From the NCBI GenBank assembly GCA_024650005.2, contig CP122380.1, forward strand, positions 1,280,001 through 1,344,000: a stretch of 64,000 bases of DNA. Direction: 5' to 3'. The notes beneath the pieces are model-generated. The model saw only the letters and a program-made list of their open reading frames with translations, ran no database searches and was not told the DNA's origin. A program made the position numbers and the translations under genes. This DNA comes from Candidatus Bathyarchaeum tardum (GTDB taxonomy: Archaea; Thermoproteota; Bathyarchaeia; Bathyarchaeales; Bathyarchaeaceae). Shown here one piece after another: positions 19,718 to 30,092 of this stretch. Each line of letters begins with the position of its first letter. Positions within the stretch are counted from its first letter, which is position 1.

Positions 19718-20839
19718 ATGGTTCCCCAACTTGCAGGAATATTATCTGGCGGGGATAATGCGCTTACTTGGATTTTCCAGTTTGGTTACATTATCGTCTT
19801 TGTTATTTTCATGTTTTACAGCCAACGAATACAAATGATGGTCATGATCAGAGACGTAGAAACCCAACTGAGACGACTCAAAATTATTAAAGAAAATGGT
19901 CGAAAAGTAGCCATAGAAACGCTTAAAGATATAGGTAAACCTGTTGGAGACCCAACAGAAAGAATTGATCAATTCATGGAATACATAGCCATAAGTCCAC
20001 AAAACATGGACCCATCAGGCATAGTCTGGAAACTAGAGCACATCCTTGACGTTAGAGACACTCGATTCAAGGACGAAGTAAAAATGATGGCTCCCGAAGC
20101 AGATGAAACTCAACTAAACAACATTGAAAACACCTTGGAAGCAGCGATGGCTTTACACATGATTTTCAAAATTATTCGTCACTTCTACTTGTTAGGCAAA
20201 AAAACAATGAGCTTGTATGTTATTATGCAAGTGCAGATGGTATTACCCATTATTATGAAGCAAGCAGAAGCATACGCTCAAGCGTTACATGCGTTCTCTG
20301 TTGGTCAGCCTATCGGCGATGGTGTTGGACCTTTGGTAGCAGCTAAACTCATGCAAGGTTATGAAGCAAGAGACATAGCACGAGACGTAGTTGTAGCTGA
20401 AGTTCCCATAGAAGGTCGAACCGTTTTTGTCTTGAAAGCTAAAGGCCCTGGCGGGAATGTTGGAAAACCTGGAGACGGAATAACTGAAATCATCAAAGAG
20501 AAAAAGGGCAAAATTGCAACAGTTATTATGGTTGATGCTGCTCTGAAACTTGAAGGCGAAAAATCAGGTGATGTAGCAGAAGGCATAGGTGCAGCTATTG
20601 GAGGACCTGGAGTGGAAGCTTTTAAGATTGAAGAATCAATACTTAAACACAAAATTCCATTGAATGCGGTAATTGTCAAGCAAGACCTTAATGATGCTGT
20701 GTCTCCAATGCGAAAAGAAATTTTCGAGGCAGCTGACCCAGTTATTGACCGAATTAAACGTTTGATTAAGGAACGAACCAAAGAAGGCGATAACGTGATT
20801 ATTGCAGGAATTGGCAACACTATAGGTGTAGGACAATAG
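19718..20839 (+). CDS. DUF1512 family protein
   Basis: P..MDP.GIV.KLEH, PIGDGVGPLVA, VDAALKLEGEKSG.VAEGIGAAIGG.G.E, GIGNTIGV.Q. Confidence 0.9.
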   Translation: MVPQLAGILSGGDNALTWIFQFGYIIVFVIFMFYSQRIQMMVMIRDVETQLRRLKIIKENGRKVAIETLKDIGKPVGDPTERIDQFMEYIAISPQNMDPSGIVWKLEHILDVRDTRFKDEVKMMAPEADETQLNNIENTLEAAMALHMIFKIIRHFYLLGKKTMSLYVIMQVQMVLPIIMKQAEAYAQALHAFSVGQPIGDGVGPLVAAKLMQGYEARDIARDVVVAEVPIEGRTVFVLKAKGPGGNVGKPGDGITEIIKEKKGKIATVIMVDAALKLEGEKSGDVAEGIGAAIGGPGVEAFKIEESILKHKIPLNAVIVKQDLNDAVSPMRKEIFEAADPVIDRIKRLIKERTKEGDNVIIAGIGNTIGVGQ

Positions 20840-20849
20840 GTGAATAAAG

Positions 20850-21245
20850 ATGACTAATGAAGTTAACAAAGCTCGAGGAATTTCTCCTTTCTATCTCGCA
20901 TTACTGCTGATAGCATTTATTTTATCGTTAACTGCACTTTACATAGCATTTCAAGAAATAATTACACAATCAGAAGCTTTAGATGCATATTCATTCTTGG
21001 CCATTGGTCTAGGAGGATTGGCTTTTTCAGTATACATGTTATTCCAGACACGTTCAAAACCTTCACAAGCAATCATTGAAGTCCCCCGAGTATTAACAAC
21101 CCTTGAATGTCCAAAATGTGATTTCAAAAACATCCGTGACTTCCAACGAGAAGATTTCATCTTCAAGAAAGCAGGCAACTGTCAGAAATGCAATGAACCT
21201 ATGACCATAACGGCTATCTATCGTGAACCAAAGAAAAAAGAATAG
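20850..21245 (+). CDS. Membrane protein with C-terminal zinc ribbon
   Basis: Two TM helices; CPKC...RDFQREDFIFK...CQKC...ITAIY. Confidence 0.8.
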   Translation: MTNEVNKARGISPFYLALLLIAFILSLTALYIAFQEIITQSEALDAYSFLAIGLGGLAFSVYMLFQTRSKPSQAIIEVPRVLTTLECPKCDFKNIRDFQREDFIFKKAGNCQKCNEPMTITAIYREPKKKE

Positions 21246-21248
21246 AAA

Positions 21249-22151
21249 TTATGTTAAGATGGTACAACCATCTTTCTCAATCAGAATTGTGTATTCTGCT
21301 TGAGCCACTGTTTTTTTACTAGCTTCAACAAAAACAGGATATCCCATCACTGCTTTAGATTTGAGTAGTTCCGAAAATGCACTTCTGTAACTGTCAGATG
21401 AAGCAAAATTTGTTAACCAACGTTCTGTGAAGGGCAAGGTTAAGAAATTTTGTTTGATATAACTTAACATCTTTTTTGCATAAGGATTTTTTAGTGATTT
21501 GTTTTTTTGGAAACGAAAAATGCATTCTTGTTTTATGTTTTCTACTCGTGCAGTGGCACTTGTAACTGTTACGAAAGGTTCAACGCCGTAGATTTCGCCC
21601 TCTTTTATTCTTGATGTTGAAAGGTTAAAGGAGTTAGGCAACGATTTTCCTGCATGAATTATGTAACGTCGAATTAAGTGCCCTGTGAGGTTTGAAATGG
21701 GTTTGTAGCCTCGTGTTTTGATTGATTTTTGAATTTCGGAACCAAAACGAGTTATCGATAATCCTGGACGCAGAATTTCCACAGCATGTGCAAGGGCTTG
21801 TTCAGCGGTGTCAACCATGTCGTCGTATTCGGGGTCAAAACAGATTGTTGTTGCAGTATCTGCGATGTAACCATCAACATGAACGCCAATGTCAACTTTG
21901 ACTACTGCTTTTTCAGGTATTGTTTGTTCATCCCCAGGAGGTGAGGTGTAATGTGCAGCCACATCGTTAATTGAAACATTACAGGGGAATGCTGGTTTTC
22001 CTCCTTTTTGACGGGTCATGCCTTCGACTTTTTCACAGACATCGATTATTGGCATTCCTTCTTTGACGGTTTTTCTGATTTCTAGACGTACTTCTCGGGC
22101 GATTTTTCCTGCGCATCGATATTTTTTTAATTCTTCTTCTGGGACTGACAT
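21249..22151 (-). CDS. map: Methionine aminopeptidase type II
   Basis: AFPCNVSIN..AAHY, KVDIGVHVDGYIADTA, NLTGH, EPF, VAQAEYT. Confidence 0.95.
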   Translation of the reverse strand: MSVPEEELKKYRCAGKIAREVRLEIRKTVKEGMPIIDVCEKVEGMTRQKGGKPAFPCNVSINDVAAHYTSPPGDEQTIPEKAVVKVDIGVHVDGYIADTATTICFDPEYDDMVDTAEQALAHAVEILRPGLSITRFGSEIQKSIKTRGYKPISNLTGHLIRRYIIHAGKSLPNSFNLSTSRIKEGEIYGVEPFVTVTSATARVENIKQECIFRFQKNKSLKNPYAKKMLSYIKQNFLTLPFTERWLTNFASSDSYRSAFSELLKSKAVMGYPVFVEASKKTVAQAEYTILIEKDGCTILT

Positions 22152-22279
22152 GAACATACCTTGCTTCTTTTACATATTTTTTCGAGAGTTAAAAGAGTTA
22201 AGGAAACATCTTGGGTTATAACTTGTGGGTATGTGTTTCGAAAACCTTTAAACATGTAAATCCCACGGTTTAGCAAAGG

Positions 22280-23404
22280 TTGTCGCGAAATTTGACTGCT
22301 GCAGATGAAGAAAAAGACGTTCTTGACCCTTGGGGAACAACGGTAATTAAAGATTACAATCACTTATACGAAGAATTTGGTATACAAAAATTTGATGAAT
22401 TTAGATGCCAAATTCCTAGCCCTAATGTGTACATGCGAAGGGGAGTAATTTTTGGTCACCGAGACTTTGGTCGCATATTGCATTCTATGAAAGAGGGAAA
22501 CGAGTTTGCAGTAATGAGTGGAATTAAACCCACTGGGGAATTCCATTTAGGAACTCTCATGACCGCCAAAGAAATCATCTATTTTCAGCAACAAGGAGCC
22601 CAAGCGTTCTATGCTATCGCTGACATAGAAGCATACGAAGACAACCGACTGCCCTTTGACGAAACAGAAAAAATCGCAGTAGGGAATGTTGCAGATTTGC
22701 TGGCTTTAGGTTTTGACCCCAAAAAAGGGCACATATACAGGCAATATAAAGAACAACGGGTTCGAAACTTGGCGGTTCATTTTGGTGCAGGAGTAACCCT
22801 AGCAACCATGAAAGCAATTTATGGTGAACGCCATATTGGTCTTTATCTTTCTGCACTTATTCAAGCAGGAGACATTCTTTTGCCTCAACACAAAGATTTT
22901 GGTGGACCCAAACCAACAGTTGTTCCAGTAGGAGTAGACCAAGATGCTCATCTGCGCTTGACACGTGATTTGGCTAACAAGTTCCGTAAACAATTCAAGT
23001 TCATGCCTCCATCTTCAACGTATCACAAAATTTTGAAAGGTTTAGACGGTTCCCCAAAAATGTCTAAACGCAACCCTATGAGTTACTTTACTTTGAATGA
23101 AACACCAAAAGCAATCGGCAAAAAGATTGCAAGCGCCTTTACTGGAGGACGGGCAACTGTAGAAGAACAAAAGGATCTTGGGGGCATTCCTGAAATTTGT
23201 CCAATCTATGAAATTGAAATGTGCCATTTTGTTGAAGACGATAAAGAAGTCTGTGAAACTTACAAGTGCTGCAAATGTGGAAGCTTGCTTTGTGGGGAAC
23301 ATAAAGCTAAAACAAAACAGATTGTCATGAAGTTCGTTGAAGAACATCAAAGAAAACGAGAAAAACTTGTTGACACCGCAAGAGAAATCCTAGGAGTTAA
23401 CTAA
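22280..23404 (+). CDS. trpS: Tryptophanyl-tRNA synthetase
   Basis: FGHRDF, PTGEFHLG, VPVGVDQDAH, KMSK, AFTGGR. Confidence 0.96.
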   Translation: MSRNLTAADEEKDVLDPWGTTVIKDYNHLYEEFGIQKFDEFRCQIPSPNVYMRRGVIFGHRDFGRILHSMKEGNEFAVMSGIKPTGEFHLGTLMTAKEIIYFQQQGAQAFYAIADIEAYEDNRLPFDETEKIAVGNVADLLALGFDPKKGHIYRQYKEQRVRNLAVHFGAGVTLATMKAIYGERHIGLYLSALIQAGDILLPQHKDFGGPKPTVVPVGVDQDAHLRLTRDLANKFRKQFKFMPPSSTYHKILKGLDGSPKMSKRNPMSYFTLNETPKAIGKKIASAFTGGRATVEEQKDLGGIPEICPIYEIEMCHFVEDDKEVCETYKCCKCGSLLCGEHKAKTKQIVMKFVEEHQRKREKLVDTAREILGVN

Positions 23405-23487
23405 ACAAACATTTTTTTGTTGAAACCTTAAATTTGGTTTTGTTATAAACCTTTAACCAAAATCTGTTACCTGTTATAACTGGGGAT

Positions 23488-25008
23488 GTGGAGGCAAAAT
23501 TGGTGCCTGAACTTCGGGAAAATGAACAAAAAACATTGCTTGCGCTTGAAGAACTCAATGGGAAAGCGCCCGTACAAGAAATAGTTAAAGAAGCGGGCTT
23601 GGCTCACGCCGCAGTTATGAGGGGTGTACTTTCTCTTGAAGAAAACAACTTGATTGTAACCCATGAACAAAAACAAACTTTAATTTCAGTAACTGAAGAA
23701 GGCTGTTTCCACGCAAAAAATGAACTTCCCGAACGCCGATTGCTAAATGCTGTAGAAAAATTTGGGGGTGAAGCCCCAGTTAATGCAGTTGTTGAAGAGT
23801 CAGGTCTAGAAAAAAGATTCATGTCTGTTGCTTTGGGTTGGCTTAATCGAAAAAAATGGGCAATTATTAATCAAGGAAAGTTAACAGCTTTACAGAAACC
23901 GTCAGTTGGATCAGACGAACAACTTCTAAAGCTTTTGATAAAAAACACTCCTTTAGTTCTGGAAGAACTAGATCCAAAAATTCAAAACAGCATATCGGTT
24001 CTTAAAGGCAGGGGACTGATCGAAGTTGAAGAAAAAACTAATCGAACTTTAGAATTAACTGAAGCGGGCTGGGCGTTAGTCAAAAAAGGGATTACAGTCC
24101 AGCAAGAAATCAGCCAGTTAACTCCTGAACTTATACGAACAGGTAATTGGCGAAATGTAAAGCTGCGACGTTTTGATGTAACAGCTCCTGGACCGGTAAT
24201 TTACCCGGGTAAGATTCATCCAGTTCAGCAGGTAATTCAGGAAGTTAAAGAAATTTTCTTAGAAATGGGCTTTACAGAAATCAGGGGTGACATGGTTGAA
24301 ACAGCTTTTTGGAACTTTGACGCCCTGTTCCAGCCTCAAGACCATCCAGCACGGGACATGGTAGATACTTTCTATTTGTCTGACCCCAAAGAAGGAAAGT
24401 TGCCCAAAAAATCAATAGTTGACGGAGTTAAGCAGACACACGAGAACGGTTGGGTTACTGGTTCCCGGGGTTGGGAATACAAATGGAGCCCAGAAGAAGC
24501 AAAGAAACTTGTGCTTCGAACACATACCACAGCGACTACTATTCGTTATTTAACTGAACACCAAGAACCCCCAGTGAAAGTTTTTTCAGTTGACCGGGTT
24601 TACCGCAACGAAAAATTGGATTACAAACATTTAGCAGAATTTCATCAAATTGAAGGCATAATCATGGACCGCAAAGTCACCATACGTGACCTTATGGGAA
24701 CTTTAAAAGAGTTTTATCAAAAGCTTGGTCTAGAAAAGGTGCAGTTTTGGCCCAGTTATTTTCCGTACACTGAGCCTTCATTACAGTCTACTGTTTATGT
24801 TCCAGAACTAAACAACTGGGTTGAACTTTGTGGAATGGGTATCTTTCGTCCAGAAGTTTTGGCACCTCTTGGGGTGAAACATCCAGTTTTAGCGTGGGGT
24901 GGAGGCTTGGAACGCTTGATTTTGTTGAAAATGGGCATTGAGGACATCCGGTTGTTATACAAGAACGATTTAGGTTGGATAAGGAGGACCCCAACATGCC
25001 AACAATAA
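23488..25008 (+). CDS. pheS: Phenylalanyl-tRNA synthetase alpha subunit
   Basis: WNFDALFQPQDHPARDM.DTF, LRTHTT, HLAEFHQIEG, YFPYTEPS. Confidence 0.97.
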   Translation: MEAKLVPELRENEQKTLLALEELNGKAPVQEIVKEAGLAHAAVMRGVLSLEENNLIVTHEQKQTLISVTEEGCFHAKNELPERRLLNAVEKFGGEAPVNAVVEESGLEKRFMSVALGWLNRKKWAIINQGKLTALQKPSVGSDEQLLKLLIKNTPLVLEELDPKIQNSISVLKGRGLIEVEEKTNRTLELTEAGWALVKKGITVQQEISQLTPELIRTGNWRNVKLRRFDVTAPGPVIYPGKIHPVQQVIQEVKEIFLEMGFTEIRGDMVETAFWNFDALFQPQDHPARDMVDTFYLSDPKEGKLPKKSIVDGVKQTHENGWVTGSRGWEYKWSPEEAKKLVLRTHTTATTIRYLTEHQEPPVKVFSVDRVYRNEKLDYKHLAEFHQIEGIIMDRKVTIRDLMGTLKEFYQKLGLEKVQFWPSYFPYTEPSLQSTVYVPELNNWVELCGMGIFRPEVLAPLGVKHPVLAWGGGLERLILLKMGIEDIRLLYKNDLGWIRRTPTCQQ

Positions 25009-26663
25009 ACCTAGACAAAAATCTATTTTCGTCATATGTTGGACGTGACATGTCCGTGGAAGAAATGGCTAAATGGCTCCCATGGCTGGGAACTGACATC
25101 GAAGATGTGGGAAAAGATTACGTTAAAATTGAATATAACCCCAATCGGGTAGATTTTTCTAGTTGCATTGGAGTTGCCCGAGCCTTTTGTGGATTAATGG
25201 ATTGGAAAACAGGCATGCCAAAATATGCTGTAAAACAAGGAGACATCATTCTTAAAGTGGATAAAAGTGTGGCAGATGTGAGACCGTTTATTGTTGGGGC
25301 AACTGTACAGGGGCTAGACATTGATTCTAATACTATTCGTGAACTTATGGAACTGCAAGAAGCTTTGCATTGGATGATTGGTAGAGACCGCAAAAAAGCG
25401 TCAATAGGAGTTCACAAACTAGATACTGTTGAGCCTCCCTTTAGTTATGTTACTTGCACGCCAGACGGAGTAAAGTTTGTACCCTTAGATAAAACTGAAA
25501 AAATGACTCCCCAGCAAGTTTTAGAAAAGCATGAAAAAGGAATAACATACAAAAGCCATGTTGAAGGGGCTTCACGGTATCCTTTGGTTGTTGATAGTAA
25601 AGGGCAGATTCTGTCTTTTCCTCCAATAATTAACGGAGAATTAACAAAAGTCGATGAAAACACTCAAGATCTTTTCATTGAAGTCACTGGAACTGACATT
25701 AACGCAGTTCAGCGAAGCTTGAATGTTTTAGTTTCTGCTCTGGCGGACATGGGCGGAATTGTAGAAACTGTTCGAGTTGAATATTCTGACCAAGTCTTGG
25801 TTACTCCAGACCTTAATCCTCAGCAAATGAAACTTAACGTAGCCTTTTCCAATGAACGATTGGGTCTAGATTTTTCAGAAAAACAAACAATACTGGCTTT
25901 GAAAAAGGCGCGGCTGGACGCAAAAACTGTTGGAAATGGAGTTTTGGAAGTTTTGGTTCCAGCGTATAGAACAGATATACTACATGAGATTGATTTGGTT
26001 GAAGAGGTTGCAATCGGTTATGGTGTTTTCAGATTAGAGCCAACTAAACCTGCAACAGTTACTACTGGAAAAAAACATAAGGTAACTAAAGTTGCAGATG
26101 CAATTAGGCAGATACTAATAGGTTTAGGTTTCACTGAAGCCCTAAACTTTGTTTTAACTAACGAAGTTGACCATTACCAGAAAATGAAACAAGAACCAGA
26201 ACAGCTTGTAAAGTTAGCAAATCCTGTTTCTACAGATTATTCCATAATACGAAACGACCTATTGCCCAGTTTAATGAAAAACTTGGCAATTAGTAAACAC
26301 CACGTTTTTCCACAAAAGATGTTTGAAATCTCCGACATAATCAAACTTAACCAAAGCTCTGAAACATACACAGAACGAAGAATCAATCTCGCCGCAGTTT
26401 CATCCCATCCTACAGCAAACTTTACAGAAATGAAATCTTTCCTAGAATCGTTACTAACAAATTTAGGATTCAGCAACTGGACAGTTAAAGAAGCTAATCA
26501 TCCAAGTTTTCTGCAAGGACGGGCAGCAACAATTTCATTCGATAACATGGAATTAGGAATTGTCGGAGAAATTCACCCAGAAGTTTTAAACAACTTCGAC
26601 TTAGAAAACCCCACAGGCGCCTTTGAAATAGACCTACAAAAAGTTATTGAAATTTTCAAGTAA
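24996..26663 (+). CDS. pheT: Phenylalanyl-tRNA synthetase beta subunit
   Basis: MPTI start overlapping the pheS end; PNRVD, SFPPIING, RTDILHEIDLVEEVAIGYG, GEIHPEVL. Confidence 0.97.
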   Translation: MPTINLDKNLFSSYVGRDMSVEEMAKWLPWLGTDIEDVGKDYVKIEYNPNRVDFSSCIGVARAFCGLMDWKTGMPKYAVKQGDIILKVDKSVADVRPFIVGATVQGLDIDSNTIRELMELQEALHWMIGRDRKKASIGVHKLDTVEPPFSYVTCTPDGVKFVPLDKTEKMTPQQVLEKHEKGITYKSHVEGASRYPLVVDSKGQILSFPPIINGELTKVDENTQDLFIEVTGTDINAVQRSLNVLVSALADMGGIVETVRVEYSDQVLVTPDLNPQQMKLNVAFSNERLGLDFSEKQTILALKKARLDAKTVGNGVLEVLVPAYRTDILHEIDLVEEVAIGYGVFRLEPTKPATVTTGKKHKVTKVADAIRQILIGLGFTEALNFVLTNEVDHYQKMKQEPEQLVKLANPVSTDYSIIRNDLLPSLMKNLAISKHHVFPQKMFEISDIIKLNQSSETYTERRINLAAVSSHPTANFTEMKSFLESLLTNLGFSNWTVKEANHPSFLQGRAATISFDNMELGIVGEIHPEVLNNFDLENPTGAFEIDLQKVIEIFK

Positions 26664-26757
26664 TTTTCTAATTAGCAAGTTTTATGTTCAAGGTAACTGT
26701 TTGTTATGTTGCGATGATAGTAGGCTGGAGCATAATCCCGCCGGAACCTTATGCGGG

Positions 26758-26933
26758 CTCACGCCGACGGACTCGACAGAGGATGGTGACTTTCACCTAA
26801 CCGTTGACGAAGGGTTTACCCAGGTGTGGGACACGGTGGGCGCGGGCAAAACTCAACCCACGTTTGAGAGAGCTCATCTGAGAAGAGCGATTGCTCCAAC
26901 TGTGAGGATGAGAGTTAGTTGCGTGGGACACAC
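26758..26933 (+). ncRNA. Putative two-hairpin box H/ACA guide RNA
   Basis: GC-rich island; hairpins CTCACGCC/GGTGTGGG and CCCACG/CGTGGG each followed by ACA (26831, 26928); GA-containing K-turn-like motifs; internal loops complementary to conserved LSU rRNA segments. Confidence 0.6.
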
Positions 26934-27016
26934 GCCCGCGATAATAAAAAGTATACATAAAGATTAAATTCTAAGAATTGATTTATTTTCAAAATTTTTG
27001 CTTTTGTGGGTAAAAA

Positions 27017-27176
27017 AGAAATGGGTTTGCTGAGGCTCATGCACAGGCAATTGAGGAATGAAAAAACGAAATTGTATCTACTATTACAGCTTTCGTTATT
27101 TTTCACGTTGTACGTGAGCCATTTTCAGCCCCATTTCTACCCATAGTTTTACTCCCAAAAAAAGAAAAAAAGGGAG
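27017..27176 (-). repeat. Conserved structured element, copy 2
   Basis: Reverse complement aligns with 13308-13464; same helices with compensatory changes. Confidence 0.85.
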
Positions 27177-27190
27177 GGAAATTGGTGTGG

Positions 27191-29719
27191 TTATTTGCGT
27201 TTAAGCATCCAGTATGCGCCAACACCGATTATTGCAGCAATTACTACAGCTAATATGATAGCTACTTCAGTTGTAAGGAATCCTGCTACTGGTTCTTCTG
27301 GTTCAATTGGAGTGGCTGATGTTACTGCACCTACGTTTACGTAGGTTGTTTGGGTTGATCCGTAGTATCCGCAGGAGCCTTCAAAGGTTGCAATGATTGT
27401 GTATGTGCCGTCCATAGAGGGCTTGAAACTAAAGGCATAATTTCCATAAGCATCGCTTGTGGTTGTTCCAAGGTTCATGTAACTCATGTCTGGGGCTACT
27501 GCTTCAATCTTAACGTTAACACCCACTGCATTTGCTGGACGGGGTCTGTGTTTGTAAACATAGAGCATCCATTCGCTCATGTCACCATCAGAAATTGCTG
27601 GCACACCATTGGGGAACCGCAACATTGCTTCAGGATCTTTAGTTCCTGGAGATACATCCATAACTGTTCCTTCGATGATTACTGGGTTTCCTTTTGCTGC
27701 AACTTTAGGTGAAGCTGTAACTGTTAGTTCGCTTGGGCCTTTGCCGATAGCAACGATGGTGTTGTCGTATGAGCTAAATCCAACGAGTACGCTGTCTCCG
27801 ATTATTGGTTGACCACCCCATCGGGTACCTAACCTCAAACCGTCAGTTCTCCAGACTTCGTTACCACTGTTAATATCAAGGCAGACTGTGGGTGCACCTC
27901 GGGGTTTAGGATCAATTGCAGAGTGTTCAGTGTGGAACAAATAGACCTTTCCATCAGATATGAAACCTGTTACAAGGGACCAATCGTTTCCAAACAAGAA
28001 TTCTCCGTATTCGTTGCCTCCTCTGTATTGCCAAAGCATATTTCCATTAGCTAGGTTGTATGCTGTTACAACTCCTCCAAATCCTGCGGTGATAAGTTTG
28101 TTATCGTAACAAACTGATTGACCCCAAGGATCCATGTAGACATTTGAATATGCGTTGTTGTATGGTTCAAAGGCGGTAGTTGCCCATAGTTGGTTTCCTG
28201 TTGTCATGCTGATTCCGTAGTGCAGACGTGTTTCTTTTCCAGTAATCACGAAAACATCATGTTCTACTGAGAAGGGGTGTGAACCTGCAAAGTCGTAGTG
28301 AACGCCTACCTCAGGTAATGGCCATGCTTTGTTGAATAATACTTGTCCTTCGCGTCCTGGTCTTAGGTCAACTGCCCAAATTTGTGGGTTTTGTACTGCT
28401 GCTCCTCCAGCCCATTGCATGTTGGTACCAACGACTTTGTTTAAGGGGATTACAATTTCTATTGATCCGTCCAAGTTGGTTGGGAATGATGTTGTTAATG
28501 TTGTTCCGTTTCCGGCATTAAATGTTGTTCCGATTGGTCTCCATCGACCAGCTTGGTATTCTGCAAGGGGGTTGTCGCCGTACTCAGCTAACATCATGTC
28601 GTAGTATGCTGCTGTTGTGTTCCATACGCTCATTGTTCCAGCTTGAATACTAATGGAGTAAATCATGATTTCGCCGTTTGGACCAGGCACTCGTGTTCCG
28701 CTGGGAACATTGGTCATGGTGTATTCCCATACTCCAGTTAGAGGGTCAAACGCGTGCCATGTGCTGCCTTGGGTTGCCCATATGTATGCGTAGTATCCGT
28801 GGTTGTTCATTGTGCTCCAGTATTTTAGTTCGCCAAAGCTTGGAGATAAGGTTAGACCAATGTCTTCTCCTAGGACTTTTTCCCACATCATTTCACCGGT
28901 TCGTACATTTACTGCATATGTGTATTGTAAGCCTCTAACGTATCGAACGCCAATAAGGGTTCCAGCGATGATCATTGGGTTGCTCCATTTGCCTTCGTAA
29001 GCATCTCCGTCTTCAAAGCTGTGCCAACCTGCTTCAATGCCTCCAGCTAATCCGCCTACATCTTGGACCATTTCCCATAGAATGTGGCCAGTTTCTGGGG
29101 CAGCGTTGCCGTCTGCATTTCGGTTATAGTGACCGCGTTTGTATGCTCCATCAAGCCAGCTTCCTGCAATTTGATACCATTCTCTGTTTTGTGCATCAAT
29201 TGGCCTTACCCAGTATTCGTCGGGCAAAGGAGTGTCCGGGAAGAAGTGTCGTTCTGCATCTTCAGTGACAACTAATTCAATTTCTGGGGTGTGGCTTGCT
29301 AACATTCGTGTTCCTGCTTCAAGACCTGCAACGCTGACTGTGACTTCTTGTTCTGGGAAGTTGCATACGAATTTGTATGTTCCAGCCATTGTTGGGATGA
29401 ACACTGCGCCGCCTAATCCGGTTGTGTCTGTATTGTAAGGTCCTAAAGTTTGTGTGCTTCCGTCAGGTGCTGTAACGGTTACGGTTATTCCTGTCCAGCC
29501 TGATTGTGGCCAGGCAGTTTGACGAGTAATACCGTATGACAGCAAGACTTCTTGGCCAACCCCAGCTTCGTCAGGAATTATAGACAAAACGGGAAATGAT
29601 GGCCAAGTTGTTCCTGGCTGTGCAAGGCTAGTTGGTATAACTATCAGACTGGCAGACATTGTCAAAATGACAATTAACGCCAGAGCTGGTAGGTTTATTT
29701 TTTGATTTAAAATTTTCAT
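27191..29719 (-). CDS. Secreted PQQ-type beta-propeller surface protein with C-terminal TM anchor (paralogue B)
   Basis: Same architecture as 10717-13293: EYW.RPIDAQ.REW, GDAYEGKW, EHS.IDP.PRGAP, RFP.GVPAI. Confidence 0.88.
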   Translation of the reverse strand: MKILNQKINLPALALIVILTMSASLIVIPTSLAQPGTTWPSFPVLSIIPDEAGVGQEVLLSYGITRQTAWPQSGWTGITVTVTAPDGSTQTLGPYNTDTTGLGGAVFIPTMAGTYKFVCNFPEQEVTVSVAGLEAGTRMLASHTPEIELVVTEDAERHFFPDTPLPDEYWVRPIDAQNREWYQIAGSWLDGAYKRGHYNRNADGNAAPETGHILWEMVQDVGGLAGGIEAGWHSFEDGDAYEGKWSNPMIIAGTLIGVRYVRGLQYTYAVNVRTGEMMWEKVLGEDIGLTLSPSFGELKYWSTMNNHGYYAYIWATQGSTWHAFDPLTGVWEYTMTNVPSGTRVPGPNGEIMIYSISIQAGTMSVWNTTAAYYDMMLAEYGDNPLAEYQAGRWRPIGTTFNAGNGTTLTTSFPTNLDGSIEIVIPLNKVVGTNMQWAGGAAVQNPQIWAVDLRPGREGQVLFNKAWPLPEVGVHYDFAGSHPFSVEHDVFVITGKETRLHYGISMTTGNQLWATTAFEPYNNAYSNVYMDPWGQSVCYDNKLITAGFGGVVTAYNLANGNMLWQYRGGNEYGEFLFGNDWSLVTGFISDGKVYLFHTEHSAIDPKPRGAPTVCLDINSGNEVWRTDGLRLGTRWGGQPIIGDSVLVGFSSYDNTIVAIGKGPSELTVTASPKVAAKGNPVIIEGTVMDVSPGTKDPEAMLRFPNGVPAISDGDMSEWMLYVYKHRPRPANAVGVNVKIEAVAPDMSYMNLGTTTSDAYGNYAFSFKPSMDGTYTIIATFEGSCGYYGSTQTTYVNVGAVTSATPIEPEEPVAGFLTTEVAIILAVVIAAIIGVGAYWMLKRK

Positions 29720-30092
29720 TTATTCATTCCTTCAATCTTTAAATTCTGTACGTAATTAACCACATTTTTATTTAAATAATTTGCCCTACAAGTCACTTTT
29801 TTAAATTTTTTATACCACACATGATTTTTAAGTATATTTTTTAAAATAAGAAATATTTTTGGTTAATATTCAGATACAGAATAATGATTCGAAATTAAAT
29901 CAAAAACCAATAAAAACAAAACATCCTTTATTCAGTATCAAAAAAAAACAGTGCATCTTTTCCACAATAGACATTCTAAACATAGTAAAAAATATTAATT
30001 TTTATCACGTGCTTATCGTTATTTTCCATTAATTTTAGCATTAAGGAGCCTAAAAATTGTTTTTAAGGTAAAAAATGTCTAAGATAAAGAAG

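Noticed and set aside
26710-26940. RNase P RNA or SRP RNA
   Set aside because: No GAGGAAAGUCC/AACAGAA P4 elements and no SRP helix-8 motif on either strand.
10717-29719. Diversity-generating retroelement acting on the PQQ paralogues
   Set aside because: No reverse transcriptase in the window and no near-identical TR/VR pair differing only at adenines.
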